DNA of 61,616 bases, the filler included, from Stramenopiles sp. TOSAG23-3 (taxonomy: Eukaryota): the NCBI GenBank assembly GCA_900128585.1. It is 6 parts of 6 records of this genome, joined end to end, with 100 filler letters (N's around TTAATTAATTAA, not from the genome) between each part and the next. Parts side by side here need not be neighbours in the genome. Positions count along the whole stretch, not along the records: positions 18,623 to 37,121 come from LT642426.1; positions 37,222 to 55,619 come from LT642427.1; 4 more parts are not named here. The stretch is one strand, 5' to 3'. The notes under the pieces were generated by a model. It saw only the letters and a list, made by a program, of their open reading frames with translations. It did no database searches and was not told the DNA's origin. This document shows positions 29,911 through 39,559 of the stretch, one piece after another (within the stretch, counting starts at the first letter, position 1; every line of letters begins with the position of its first letter). Both the position numbers and the translations under genes were made by a program.

Positions 29911-31707
29911 TTACTGTACACAGCATCCCCCTGCAACTTCCTCCGAAGTTTCCCCGCGTGCTGCGATCTTGGTTCGTTTCCTTTTTTCGCGACCGTTTTG
30001 TGATTCTGCTGGTCGTTTAGACGATTTGGGGCCATACGTTCGTATTCGTATATAGTCTGAAAACAGTTGCATTGAAAGCATCTCTAGCGTTACCAGCGAT
30101 TTCCGCACTGTGACCTCCGTCTCGGTTTCATTCTCCTTTCGCGTCGACGGCACTAAACCCATCAACTCTGGAAAAGAATCGTCGTCTAAAAATTCAACAA
30201 ATAGATTTTCATCGTCAAGCCAGTAAACGCGTTTGCCTTTGTACGGTTTAAAGCAATTCATGATGTGGTGGGTCTGTGCTTCGAGAGGAAAACCCGTCAC
30301 ATGAAGCCAGTTTGACCGGTCAGGGTCCGGGTTCGCCCCTGCTAAATCGATGCACCGGCCGCCCATACGCATGAGGTACAGGCGGTTATGAAACGATGCA
30401 TCCAGGCTTTCCGACGCGCCCAAGGATCGAATGTCCCGGGGGGAGTAACCCTTTGCCAACATCAATTTCAGGAATACAACGCCCGTCATGTAGGAATCAT
30501 AACCAGCTTCGTGGTGGAATTCGGCCGTCTTGTACCTGTCAAATCCAGCGGAGAACTCCACGTTTACCTCGCTCGACTCGCGAAAAGCCTCGACGAAGTC
30601 TGGCTTCGCGTTCTCCAGGCCTTGCACCCCCGCGTACACATCCCCAAGGGCAGTAGATGTAAAGCACGGGTACAGTTTCTTGTCGTTGGACACGCAGTAT
30701 TTTGTGTCCACAATAGACGGAAACTTTGAGCGCAGCGAAGTTACGTATTTCTCGAACTCTAACGGAGGCGCTCCGCAAAACTTAGTGTACGTATGGGCGA
30801 GGTCAAGAAGACAGTTGTGCCCAACGACAGTCTTTTTGGCGTTGGAAAGGGCCTCGATTATCCTGGAAAAGCCGCTTTCTTCCTTCACTTTCTCCAACTC
30901 TTCTTTCATGTCCGCCCTGCGCTTTACTTCCAGAAACGCACTCTTGTCATCCACGGAGGAAAAGAACACTGCCCGTAAACTTTGGTTTCCATACCTAGAG
31001 GATTCGTTGTCCTCTGCAAACTTCTGCAGCAGGACTGTCTCAAATTCTTCCCCGCTGAACGCATCGTAGAGTATCCGGCGCCGAAAGCCATTGGTGGGCG
31101 GCAGCACGAAAAATGAATCGTGTGCAGAGTCTCCCTCAAACGCAAGTTTCGCCGTGCGAACGGAAGACAAGCAGTTGTCCACAAACTCTTGGTCCTGAAG
31201 CCGTTTGATCTCGACCTTTGAACGGCTAGATTCAGGAGTGGCGTCCTTCTCCATTTTTCGCCGAATTGCCGTCTCTTTTTCGAGTTTGTACTCAAGGGTG
31301 ATGTGTTTGACACCGTGGCGAAAGCACTTGTTGAAATCAAAATTGTGCTGGCATAAGAACGACACCGATGATGCCTGACACAGAAATCGTGCGTCGTCGC
31401 GTTCGTCGCCCGGGCGAAGGGAAGGTGGGTGCGGAAACAAGTACACGTTGTAAGGGCGGCACACGTAGCGATTGTTCGTCTGGTCGAACTTGAACGTGGT
31501 TATCCCGTACTGGAGCAACAAAAACTTCGCGGCTGAGTCCCGAACTGACAGGTAACGCGCTTGGTAATTATCACTAGGGGAGTTCTTTGTGCCGCTACTC
31601 GAGTTCAGCCCAGTCATTTCACAGTCTATTGCACAAAAGTCGCACCCGTCAATAGCAGCGCACATGCCTTCAGAAATTTCTGCAAAATTCAGTGACGTCA
31701 CGTCCAT
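29911..31707 (-). CDS. PARN: Poly(A)-specific ribonuclease (CAF1/DEDD family)
   Basis: AIDCEMTGL, FLCQASS..FL....FDFNK, R3H-like NGFRRRI, VVGHNCLLDL, HEAGYDSYMTG, C-terminal RRM-like segment. Confidence 0.93.
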   Translation of the reverse strand: MDVTSLNFAEISEGMCAAIDGCDFCAIDCEMTGLNSSSGTKNSPSDNYQARYLSVRDSAAKFLLLQYGITTFKFDQTNNRYVCRPYNVYLFPHPPSLRPGDERDDARFLCQASSVSFLCQHNFDFNKCFRHGVKHITLEYKLEKETAIRRKMEKDATPESSRSKVEIKRLQDQEFVDNCLSSVRTAKLAFEGDSAHDSFFVLPPTNGFRRRILYDAFSGEEFETVLLQKFAEDNESSRYGNQSLRAVFFSSVDDKSAFLEVKRRADMKEELEKVKEESGFSRIIEALSNAKKTVVGHNCLLDLAHTYTKFCGAPPLEFEKYVTSLRSKFPSIVDTKYCVSNDKKLYPCFTSTALGDVYAGVQGLENAKPDFVEAFRESSEVNVEFSAGFDRYKTAEFHHEAGYDSYMTGVVFLKLMLAKGYSPRDIRSLGASESLDASFHNRLYLMRMGGRCIDLAGANPDPDRSNWLHVTGFPLEAQTHHIMNCFKPYKGKRVYWLDDENLFVEFLDDDSFPELMGLVPSTRKENETETEVTVRKSLVTLEMLSMQLFSDYIRIRTYGPKSSKRPAESQNGREKRKRTKIAARGETSEEVAGGCCVQ

Positions 31708-32675
31708 CTTTTTGTAGACTATACCTCAGAATCACACCACTTTTCTTATAAGTACGACAAACAAATATAAACACCTTCGTTTAAATTCAATTTCAAAGGC
31801 ACATAAAAAATCAATAGGTTGGGTGAGGGTTGTGCTAAAAAGGATACTAAAAAAAGAGATTTGTTTTCTTTTTGTAATGTATACATATTATAATTATTAT
31901 TATGGTCGTGTTCCTCCTCCTGTATTTTTTGCCGTCTTTCGTCGGTGGTGGGTGGGTGGTGGGTGGTGGTGTGAGGTAAAAAAAAGAAGAAGAAAGAAAA
32001 AAAAATAGAAATCCAAGAAGAAGAAGAAGAAGAAGAAGAAAAAAAAAGAAAGAGAAGAAGAAAAAAAAAAGAAGAAATTCAAGAAAAAAAAAGAAGAAAT
32101 TTATTCTTCAAGAAAAAGAAATTCAAGAAGAGTTATATATTAAAGTCGTCTTCATTCTTCTTCTCTTCTGATGATCTTCTTCTCTGCTGTGACTAAAAAA
32201 TAAATAATAAGTATTAATATTATTAATGGCAATAAGAAGAAGAAGAAGAAGAAAAAAAAAAGTAGTAAGAAGAAGAAAGAGGAGAAGGAAGAAGAAGAAG
32301 AAAGAAAAAAAAAGTATTTTTATTATTTAAATTTAAATTATTATTATTATTATTCTAGATCTTCTATATTATTATTTTATAATTGTTTTGTTGTTTGTTT
32401 GTTGTTGTTTTGTTGTTGTTGTTTTGTTGTTGTTTTTTATTTTATTAATAATAATATAATAATAATATATTTTATATAAAATAGAGTGTGGTATATTAAA
32501 AATATATATAAATATTGTTGAATTTTTTTGGGTATAATGAATGTTTTCGTTTTCGTAAAAATAACTCTCCTCACACATTGTAACAGATTAAACATTCTTC
32601 GTTTATTATATATTTTTTAAAGAGTTGGTTTGGAATGAACGAATAAGGTCGGCGCGTTTTTCGTCTTTCAACGAG

Positions 32676-34886
32676 ATGGAGCTGTTGCCGCTGCACCAGG
32701 TGAACAACCCGGTGCTTAAAACAATGGGGCTGTACGGGGACCCCCACGCCGTTTTTGTACACCCCAACGCTATGATAGACCGAAACGTCGGGTGCAATGA
32801 TTTCGCTGTTTTGTGCTCCGAAGGGGCGTGCATGCTAAATTCAAAGTTTGTCCACGTAGAACTGTACACTGACACGTCGATGCCTGAAGGAAAAATATGC
32901 ACTCCGCAATGGATCATTGACTTGTTCCGTGAAAGCGACGAGCCGTCCACGAAAGCCTGGCTACTCCCGACTCGTACTATGCAGCTGCAAGACGCGGGAG
33001 AAATAGTGGTTACGTGCGTGAAGAGCAGCCCTCAGACAACGACCATGCCCGTGAGGGAAATAAAACATTTGGTAGATAATCTTTTTAGAGGAGGCAACAA
33101 GGTAGAGACGATCCCGCTCGGAGAGAACTCTGTAGTAGCTTGCCGTTACCAGACTGGCCTGTTCCTGTTTTCCGTCCTACCTTCGGGAGCGCCTCCTGCC
33201 AGCAGTGGCGGTGGGCCGTTTTTGTTCAGGTACGCCGCCGGCAGAACTAGGATTATTTACCAATTGCAAGCCATCGAGAAGGAACGCACAATAAAACAAC
33301 CTGTGGAGAACAACGAGGCCGTGGCCTTGGTGACAAACGTAGGCTCACTCCATCGCTGTTACCGAAACGTTTCCAATTTTATCAACAAACACATGGCCAT
33401 GAGAAAATCCGTTGAATCCGCGACACAAAATGGGACCGTGAATGCGGCGACGGAGATTGTTCCGCCGGTCGTACTGATCGAAGGGACTGTAGGTACTGGC
33501 AAAACGTGTATTTGCAAAGCCATTGAAAGTGGCAGGATGTCCCCCCAGTTCCACAGCGTTCCAATAGTGTACACAAACGCTCAGCACGATGTTTTCCAGT
33601 CGAAACGATCGTCGAACCAAAGCGGTGGTGGGCAGGCGGTAGTCACCCGGGAATGCGCTCTGCAGGTGGCGCAAGATAGGCTTCGGAAAGGCGAGGATTT
33701 GGTAGTGATCATCGACGATCTCGATGCAGTAGATACGAGCAGTTATGACGTGCAGAGTACCCTTTCGGCTTTGATCGAGGTGCTGAAACAGCGCCCGTCT
33801 TCATACCTTCTGCTGACGGCGAAGGGCAGGGGCGCCCTTCACAAATCCTTCGGCTCGCGGGGGCTTGTTGGTTACCACTTTGCAATTCCAGACATGGACA
33901 GTGAAGACCGCAAAGCCGCTCTGTGGCACTTGGCAGCGTTGGAAAAGCATGCGCACGATAGAGGGGACTTAGCATTCACAGCGAAAGAATGCACGAAAGG
34001 CTTCGTACTCCGGGATTTGGTCAACGTGGTGTCGAACGCAGGGCTAAAGGCGACCTCGCTGGCGCACACGGCGAAGCGCATCAAACCGCTTCGACTGGAG
34101 GCAGTCCAGACGGTTCGCCCAAAAGCGACATTTGAAAACATTGGGGGATACGAAAGCATCAAAATGCGAATGTTGCAGATATGCAGGATAAACCTGGCGA
34201 AAGATCGCAATGGCCGGAGTGCCCTTGCCGATTCCCTGGAGACGGAGTCGGGAATATTGATGCATGGCCCAAGTGGTTGCGGCAAAACCATGCTCGTCGA
34301 GGCCCTTGCAAACGAGACAAACAGCCACTTTGTTTCTGTCCGGGCCCCAGATTTGCTGAGCCCCTATTTGGGGCAGAGCGAAGCGAAACTGCGGAATTTA
34401 TTTGCCACTGTTCGGTCTGCCGAGTCGTCCATCGTGTTCATTGATGAAATCGATGCCATTGTTCCAGCTCGAACAAATTTTTCTAGTGGGAACAGTAGTG
34501 GTGGGGTCGGCGAAAGACTGCTTGCCACGCTGTTGAACGAGATTGATGGAATTGCACTTGGTGGGCGGACGGTAGTTGTCGGCGCCACGAGCCGTTTGGA
34601 AGCCGTCGACCCTGCCCTCCGGCGGCCAGGGCGGTTGGGAGCATGCATCCACGTCCCTTACCCAGACGACAAGAACAAACGCGCAATTTCCAAGTTGTAC
34701 GCTGTCAAGTACCAATTGCATGAGCTGGATGACCAGGAAGTGTACGGTGCAGGGAGCTGCGCCGATGTTGCGCGATTGTACAAAGACAAGGCAATGGAAA
34801 GCGTTCGGCGCCGCATAGAAGCGCTGCCCGCGGCATCGACGACCACCGTGCCAATTCGTGCGCCTCCTAAAGACGACGACGAATAA
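32676..34886 (+). CDS. Type II AAA+ ATPase, AFG2/SPATA5-like (CDC48 clade)
   Basis: Degenerate D1 (GTVGTGKT, IIDDLD); D2 with GPSGCGKT, FIDEID, LLNEIDG, DPALRRPGR; first in-frame ATG at 32676. Confidence 0.88.
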   Translation: MELLPLHQVNNPVLKTMGLYGDPHAVFVHPNAMIDRNVGCNDFAVLCSEGACMLNSKFVHVELYTDTSMPEGKICTPQWIIDLFRESDEPSTKAWLLPTRTMQLQDAGEIVVTCVKSSPQTTTMPVREIKHLVDNLFRGGNKVETIPLGENSVVACRYQTGLFLFSVLPSGAPPASSGGGPFLFRYAAGRTRIIYQLQAIEKERTIKQPVENNEAVALVTNVGSLHRCYRNVSNFINKHMAMRKSVESATQNGTVNAATEIVPPVVLIEGTVGTGKTCICKAIESGRMSPQFHSVPIVYTNAQHDVFQSKRSSNQSGGGQAVVTRECALQVAQDRLRKGEDLVVIIDDLDAVDTSSYDVQSTLSALIEVLKQRPSSYLLLTAKGRGALHKSFGSRGLVGYHFAIPDMDSEDRKAALWHLAALEKHAHDRGDLAFTAKECTKGFVLRDLVNVVSNAGLKATSLAHTAKRIKPLRLEAVQTVRPKATFENIGGYESIKMRMLQICRINLAKDRNGRSALADSLETESGILMHGPSGCGKTMLVEALANETNSHFVSVRAPDLLSPYLGQSEAKLRNLFATVRSAESSIVFIDEIDAIVPARTNFSSGNSSGGVGERLLATLLNEIDGIALGGRTVVVGATSRLEAVDPALRRPGRLGACIHVPYPDDKNKRAISKLYAVKYQLHELDDQEVYGAGSCADVARLYKDKAMESVRRRIEALPAASTTTVPIRAPPKDDDE

Positions 34887-35244
34887 GAAAGGGGTGGTGG
34901 TGGGTGGTCATCCGCCAAGACCAACAGTGTACATACAGATCAATACCTTTACAAAATTAAAACAAATTATTCGCCCCCTGAATTTAGATCATATATATAT
35001 CAAGAGTGTATATTTTGGTTTTTTCAAGAGTCTTAAAACATACTATATCATTAGTTTTTTTTATTTATCAAGATATAATTTTTTCCCCTTTCATATCGTA
35101 TAATTTCAGTAAGTCATAAAACTTTCAAATAAACATTTCTTTCGCGTTACTTGCACACTTGCACGGACCCGGCGTTTGTTTTTGCAACAACCACAGCAGT
35201 CGTGCACGCATGCAAACGTGCCCTATGCAATATCCTTCCTTGCT

Positions 35245-36249
35245 TCACAGGGCTGTGACTACTTTGAGGATGCGCCTGGACGCGGTAAACTTGCCGTTGA
35301 ATCGCTTGATTCCATCCCCGCGCAATCGCTTGGAGTGCACGTCAAAGTACTCTTGCAGGTGTTCCCTGCTTTCTACGCGGTAACTAACGATGTACCGGAA
35401 CTTGGGGCAATACTTTTTCTCCACCGTTTCAATGAATTGAGAAACTTCTGCAAAAATCGCATCGATTGGTTTGTTCGCAACGAACCGTTGGACGATGCCC
35501 TTTGCTCGAAACAAATTGATGACGGGCATGGTGGAGGCCTGGTAGGTCTTGAAACGTTTCTTGATGCTCTCAATGTTGTCGTCGGCGCGGCCACTAGTTT
35601 GCCCGCGCTCCAAAAGTCGCTTCTCCATAACCTCTTCTGGGCAGTCAAAGAACAGCACGCCGGCTACGTTGGCCGCGTCCCCCACGTGCTCGAACCAGCC
35701 CCGGACGTTCTCCGTGTCACGCGGGAAGCCATCGATGAGAAACTTGGTCTTCTCGCTAGCGTCCATGGCCTTCTTCAGCAGTTTCACCGTGATCTCCACG
35801 GGAACGATTTTCCCCTCCTTAATGTATTGGTTTATCAACGCCCCGTTCTTCGAGTTCGGGTTCTTTCGCTCGGCGCGAAGGCAGTCCCCTGCGGATATGT
35901 GCTGGTACCCGAACTTTTCGACAATTTTCGAGCACTGGGTGCCTTTGCCCGCCCCTGGCCCTCCCAGTACAAACAGGACCGTCGGCAGGTCCGGCTGCTC
36001 GTCTTCTGCTATCGTGGCGTCGATGAAGCCTGGGAGCTGCAACAGTTCTTTGCAGTGCGGCTCCAGCCATTCATGGTATTCCTTCTTCACTGATTTTTGC
36101 ACTTCAAGGTTCACTTCGTATGTAACGTGCCCCGACTTCGAGGCGCCCCCCCCGCCCCCACTACCAAAGCAGTACTGCAACCCTGCACCGACCAGTGCCC
36201 CCGCGGCAACGGCCACTCCAAGGCTTGTTGTGCTATTGTTACTGCTCAT
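35245..36249 (-). CDS. CMPK1: UMP-CMP kinase embedded in a DUF4286-like domain, with an N-terminal hydrophobic anchor
   Basis: [44 protein letters not shown]; flanks YEVNLEV..WL..H...LLQLPGF and [12 protein letters not shown]....[18 protein letters not shown]. Confidence 0.92.
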   Translation of the reverse strand: MSSNNSTTSLGVAVAAGALVGAGLQYCFGSGGGGGASKSGHVTYEVNLEVQKSVKKEYHEWLEPHCKELLQLPGFIDATIAEDEQPDLPTVLFVLGGPGAGKGTQCSKIVEKFGYQHISAGDCLRAERKNPNSKNGALINQYIKEGKIVPVEITVKLLKKAMDASEKTKFLIDGFPRDTENVRGWFEHVGDAANVAGVLFFDCPEEVMEKRLLERGQTSGRADDNIESIKKRFKTYQASTMPVINLFRAKGIVQRFVANKPIDAIFAEVSQFIETVEKKYCPKFRYIVSYRVESREHLQEYFDVHSKRLRGDGIKRFNGKFTASRRILKVVTAL

Positions 36250-36964
36250 TCTTCTTTCTGTGTGTTTCCGTGTCCGTATGTTCCACCGTTTGTATAAATT
36301 CTTAATAGACCTTCGACCATATACACATATATATGTCGATTTCGATTTCGACTATGAGCCCATCCATGCCCACATGAAATAACCTAATATATATATTTTA
36401 ATATAATAAAATAAAAAATACTACAAAAATAAAGGGGAAAGGAGTCGTTATATTATTATTGTACATTATACCCCTCCCTCTCCATCCATCATCATTCATC
36501 ATCATCCCAAGCTTAAAAGAAAGGAGAAAAAGGAAGGAAGGAGAAGGAAGGAAGGAAGCTAAGAAGAAGAAGAAGAAGGAATTGAATATTATTAAAAGAA
36601 GAATAATATTGAATGAATGAATGAATGGGTGGAATCGATTTGATAATAATGATATAAATGATAGGACACTTTTAAATACAAATAAATGTATAGTCAGTCG
36701 TTCTGTTTAGTTCTTCTATTTCTTTCTTCTAAAAATAATAATTTAAATAAAATAATAAAATCGTATTTTTAATTTTTAACTTTTAAGTTTGCCTTCATCT
36801 ATATTGTATAGTTATAATAATAATTATGTAATCTAATAGATTTATCTACGATCATCTACACTATTGAACTATATCTAATTATAATGCTTTATCTGAGTTC
36901 AGCTGCATTGTCCTATTTAATAATTAGTATTATTATAATTAGCTTGTCAATCAATTTTTTCCCT

Positions 36965-37121
36965 CTTTCTCCTTCTCTTCTTCTTCTTTCTTCTTCTTTC
37001 TTCTACTTCTTTCTTCTTCGTCTTTCTTCTCTCTCTTCTTCTTTCTTCTTCTTCTTCTTCTTCTTCTTCTTCTTCTTCTTCTTCTTTCTTCTTCTTCTTC
37101 TTCTTCTTCTTTCTTCTTCTT
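36965..37121. repeat. (TTC)n microsatellite at contig end
   Basis: Direct inspection. Confidence 0.95.
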
Positions 37122-37221
37122 NNNNNNNNNNNNNNNNNNNNNNNNNNNNNNNNNNNNNNNNNNNNTTAATTAATTAANNNNNNNNNNNNNNNNNNNNNNN
37201 NNNNNNNNNNNNNNNNNNNNN
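37122..37221. other. Artificial contig linker
   Basis: N44-TTAATTAATTAA-N44. Confidence 0.98.
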
Positions 37222-37334
37222 AAGCGCTGTATTCTCACGGAGACTTCCGTATATGTAAAAACATTATACAGTACGAACATTAAATAGGAAAACAGGAAAT
37301 TAGTATACAGCGGTCTTGTAATTGTTTTTTTTTT

Positions 37335-38543
37335 TCACTCATCGCCTTCATCATCTTCTTCATCTTCTTCTTCTTCCGCGAAGGAACCAAGAGAGGAGAC
37401 GCCAGAGTCCATCGCCCCAGTGCCTTTGGTTGTATGCGCTGTCGTCATCCGTTCAAACTCCGTCAAACGTCGTTTTTGACGGGTAATTACGACGGACTGT
37501 TCCAAAATTCCTCCTGCAATTGCCAAGAAAATATTCAACAGGTCGATATCTTGGTCTGTAAAAACTTCGCCAACTTCCTTGTTGATCAATTGGATAACAC
37601 CAATGACGCGGTCACCGCCGGCAGACTTGATTGGCAATACTAGAACTTGTTTGGTGCGGAACTTGTTTTTCAAATCAAACTCTTGGTTGAACCTTGAATC
37701 TTTGTACGCATCTCGGATATTCAGTGGTTCCCCGGTGGTCGCCACCGCCCCCGCCAATCCGCTGGTCATAGGGATCCGAATTTCAACGGCGCCCTGCATA
37801 GAATAAATCTCCTGGCGACCGTGATCAATCATGAAGACCGTGCAGCGCTGGGCATGAACGAGAGCAGGGGTACGATTCGTTAACGTAAAAATGAGAGACG
37901 CTGTCCCCATGCCAGAATTGACCGACTTGATAATGTCCAACAGAGCATTAATGCGTTCCTGGGTTGCACGCTGCATGTCCAATATCATGTAATTCTGCAA
38001 AATCACGCCTAGCTGAGAGCGCAAGTGGTCCAGTATGAAAATATCTTTCTCAACAAAAGGGACATACACCCCCTCTTTCGGCCCTTTCTTGTTAATGCAC
38101 TGCAAGACTGCCTCCGTGACACCGTTCGCGTCCGTAATCGGACAGCACAGGATTGATGTCGTTTTGTACCCAGTTGCGACGTCCGCTTCTTGGTTGAAAC
38201 GATCATCTTTGTACGCGTCAGGAATATTAACAGTTTCCCCAGACATGTAAACGTGCCCGACAATACCCGTGTTCCACGGAATGCGGATATCCAGGGCGTC
38301 GTCGTTCGTCGCGTGCTTTATGACCAAATGTTCGTTCTCTTTGTCAACGATGAACACTGTCGCCCGGTCACAGTTTAACATGCTACATGCTTCTTCAACT
38401 ACGATCGTGGTAGCATCACGCAAAGACTTCGCCTCATTAATGTGGCGTATCATGTTTAACATACCAACCAAGTGCTCAGACTGTATGCCGACCTTCTCCA
38501 AGTCCTTGGCCTCTTGCTTGTATCGGTTTGCAACGTTTCCCAT
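37335..38543 (-). CDS. Tandem GAF domain protein (PDE-type GAFs, no catalytic domain)
   Basis: Two copies of G..G.V...GE..NI.DAY.D.RFNQE.D......T...L..PI...VxQxINK...F...D; acidic tail. Confidence 0.92.
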   Translation of the reverse strand: MGNVANRYKQEAKDLEKVGIQSEHLVGMLNMIRHINEAKSLRDATTIVVEEACSMLNCDRATVFIVDKENEHLVIKHATNDDALDIRIPWNTGIVGHVYMSGETVNIPDAYKDDRFNQEADVATGYKTTSILCCPITDANGVTEAVLQCINKKGPKEGVYVPFVEKDIFILDHLRSQLGVILQNYMILDMQRATQERINALLDIIKSVNSGMGTASLIFTLTNRTPALVHAQRCTVFMIDHGRQEIYSMQGAVEIRIPMTSGLAGAVATTGEPLNIRDAYKDSRFNQEFDLKNKFRTKQVLVLPIKSAGGDRVIGVIQLINKEVGEVFTDQDIDLLNIFLAIAGGILEQSVVITRQKRRLTEFERMTTAHTTKGTGAMDSGVSSLGSFAEEEEDEEDDEGDE

Positions 38544-39559
38544 TTTTAAGCAGACGAAAATATCAATAAGTAGTTTAAATGATAAGTTAAATGTAAACAG
38601 ACGACAATCTTGTTGATAAGGTTACTGTATTTGTGCAGATGCCTTCAAAAATCAAATTTACCTTTCTTTCAATTTTCATTCCTCGTATTCACACAATTGT
38701 GATTCAATTTCTTCAACACTTTTTTAGTGTTTTTTCCTTGATGATGATTCCTTCCACACTCCTCTTCTTCTTGAATATTATACACATTGTATTTTCTTGC
38801 TTCTTTGCTTCGAAAATTAAGGTGGTCACTTCGCATTAAATATGTATCATATTTAATACTGAACTTATAATAATATTTAAAAAATACTAAACATTATTCT
38901 CGTAGTAACATACTACAATTACCCTTAATCCATGAAGCAACAAAAAGCGATTTGGATTTTTATATATTTTTATTGGATCTTTCTTCACGAGGACTCCTCA
39001 GTTATCACAGCGTGACCTCGTACAAGGGACGCAGGGAGAAGAAAACAAAACATCTTGTTTGTTGTTAAGTTCATAGAGTTAAGATTAGGGTAAGGGTAGT
39101 AGATTGACTGCAAAGAAGCGCAAGAAGAGCCCTCTGTTTTTTTTGGACCTGGTTCCGTACCTGGTACGTACCAGGTATAAAAACCGAGCTAGTATTATTT
39201 TTTAATATTTTAATACTACTACACTACTGTATATAAGTAATAAAATAATTCGTACAATAACTTGCACTCTTGAACTCTCTTGAACTCCTCTTCGTTTTTT
39301 TTGGTGATGGCTCAAATTAAATAATAATAATAAATATAGTATCAAGGTCGTCCAGTACAAATAATAATCATTATTATTGGGCCACTTATTTCAACAAAAA
39401 CTCGTTGAAAACTTCAAGTCTCCAGTGATCTAGAGATTTTAAATTCAGAACAACGAGTTGCACACCAGCATTGTTCGTCAGAAAAGAACTGCTACCGCCT
39501 GCAATATTTTGCAAGTGAAGCAAAACTGGAGCAGCCAAACCGGAGCAGTCAAAACAGCA

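Noticed and set aside
35176-36382. 305-aa and 277-aa plus-strand ORFs
   Set aside because: Antisense to the UMP-CMP kinase, non-ATG starts, no motifs
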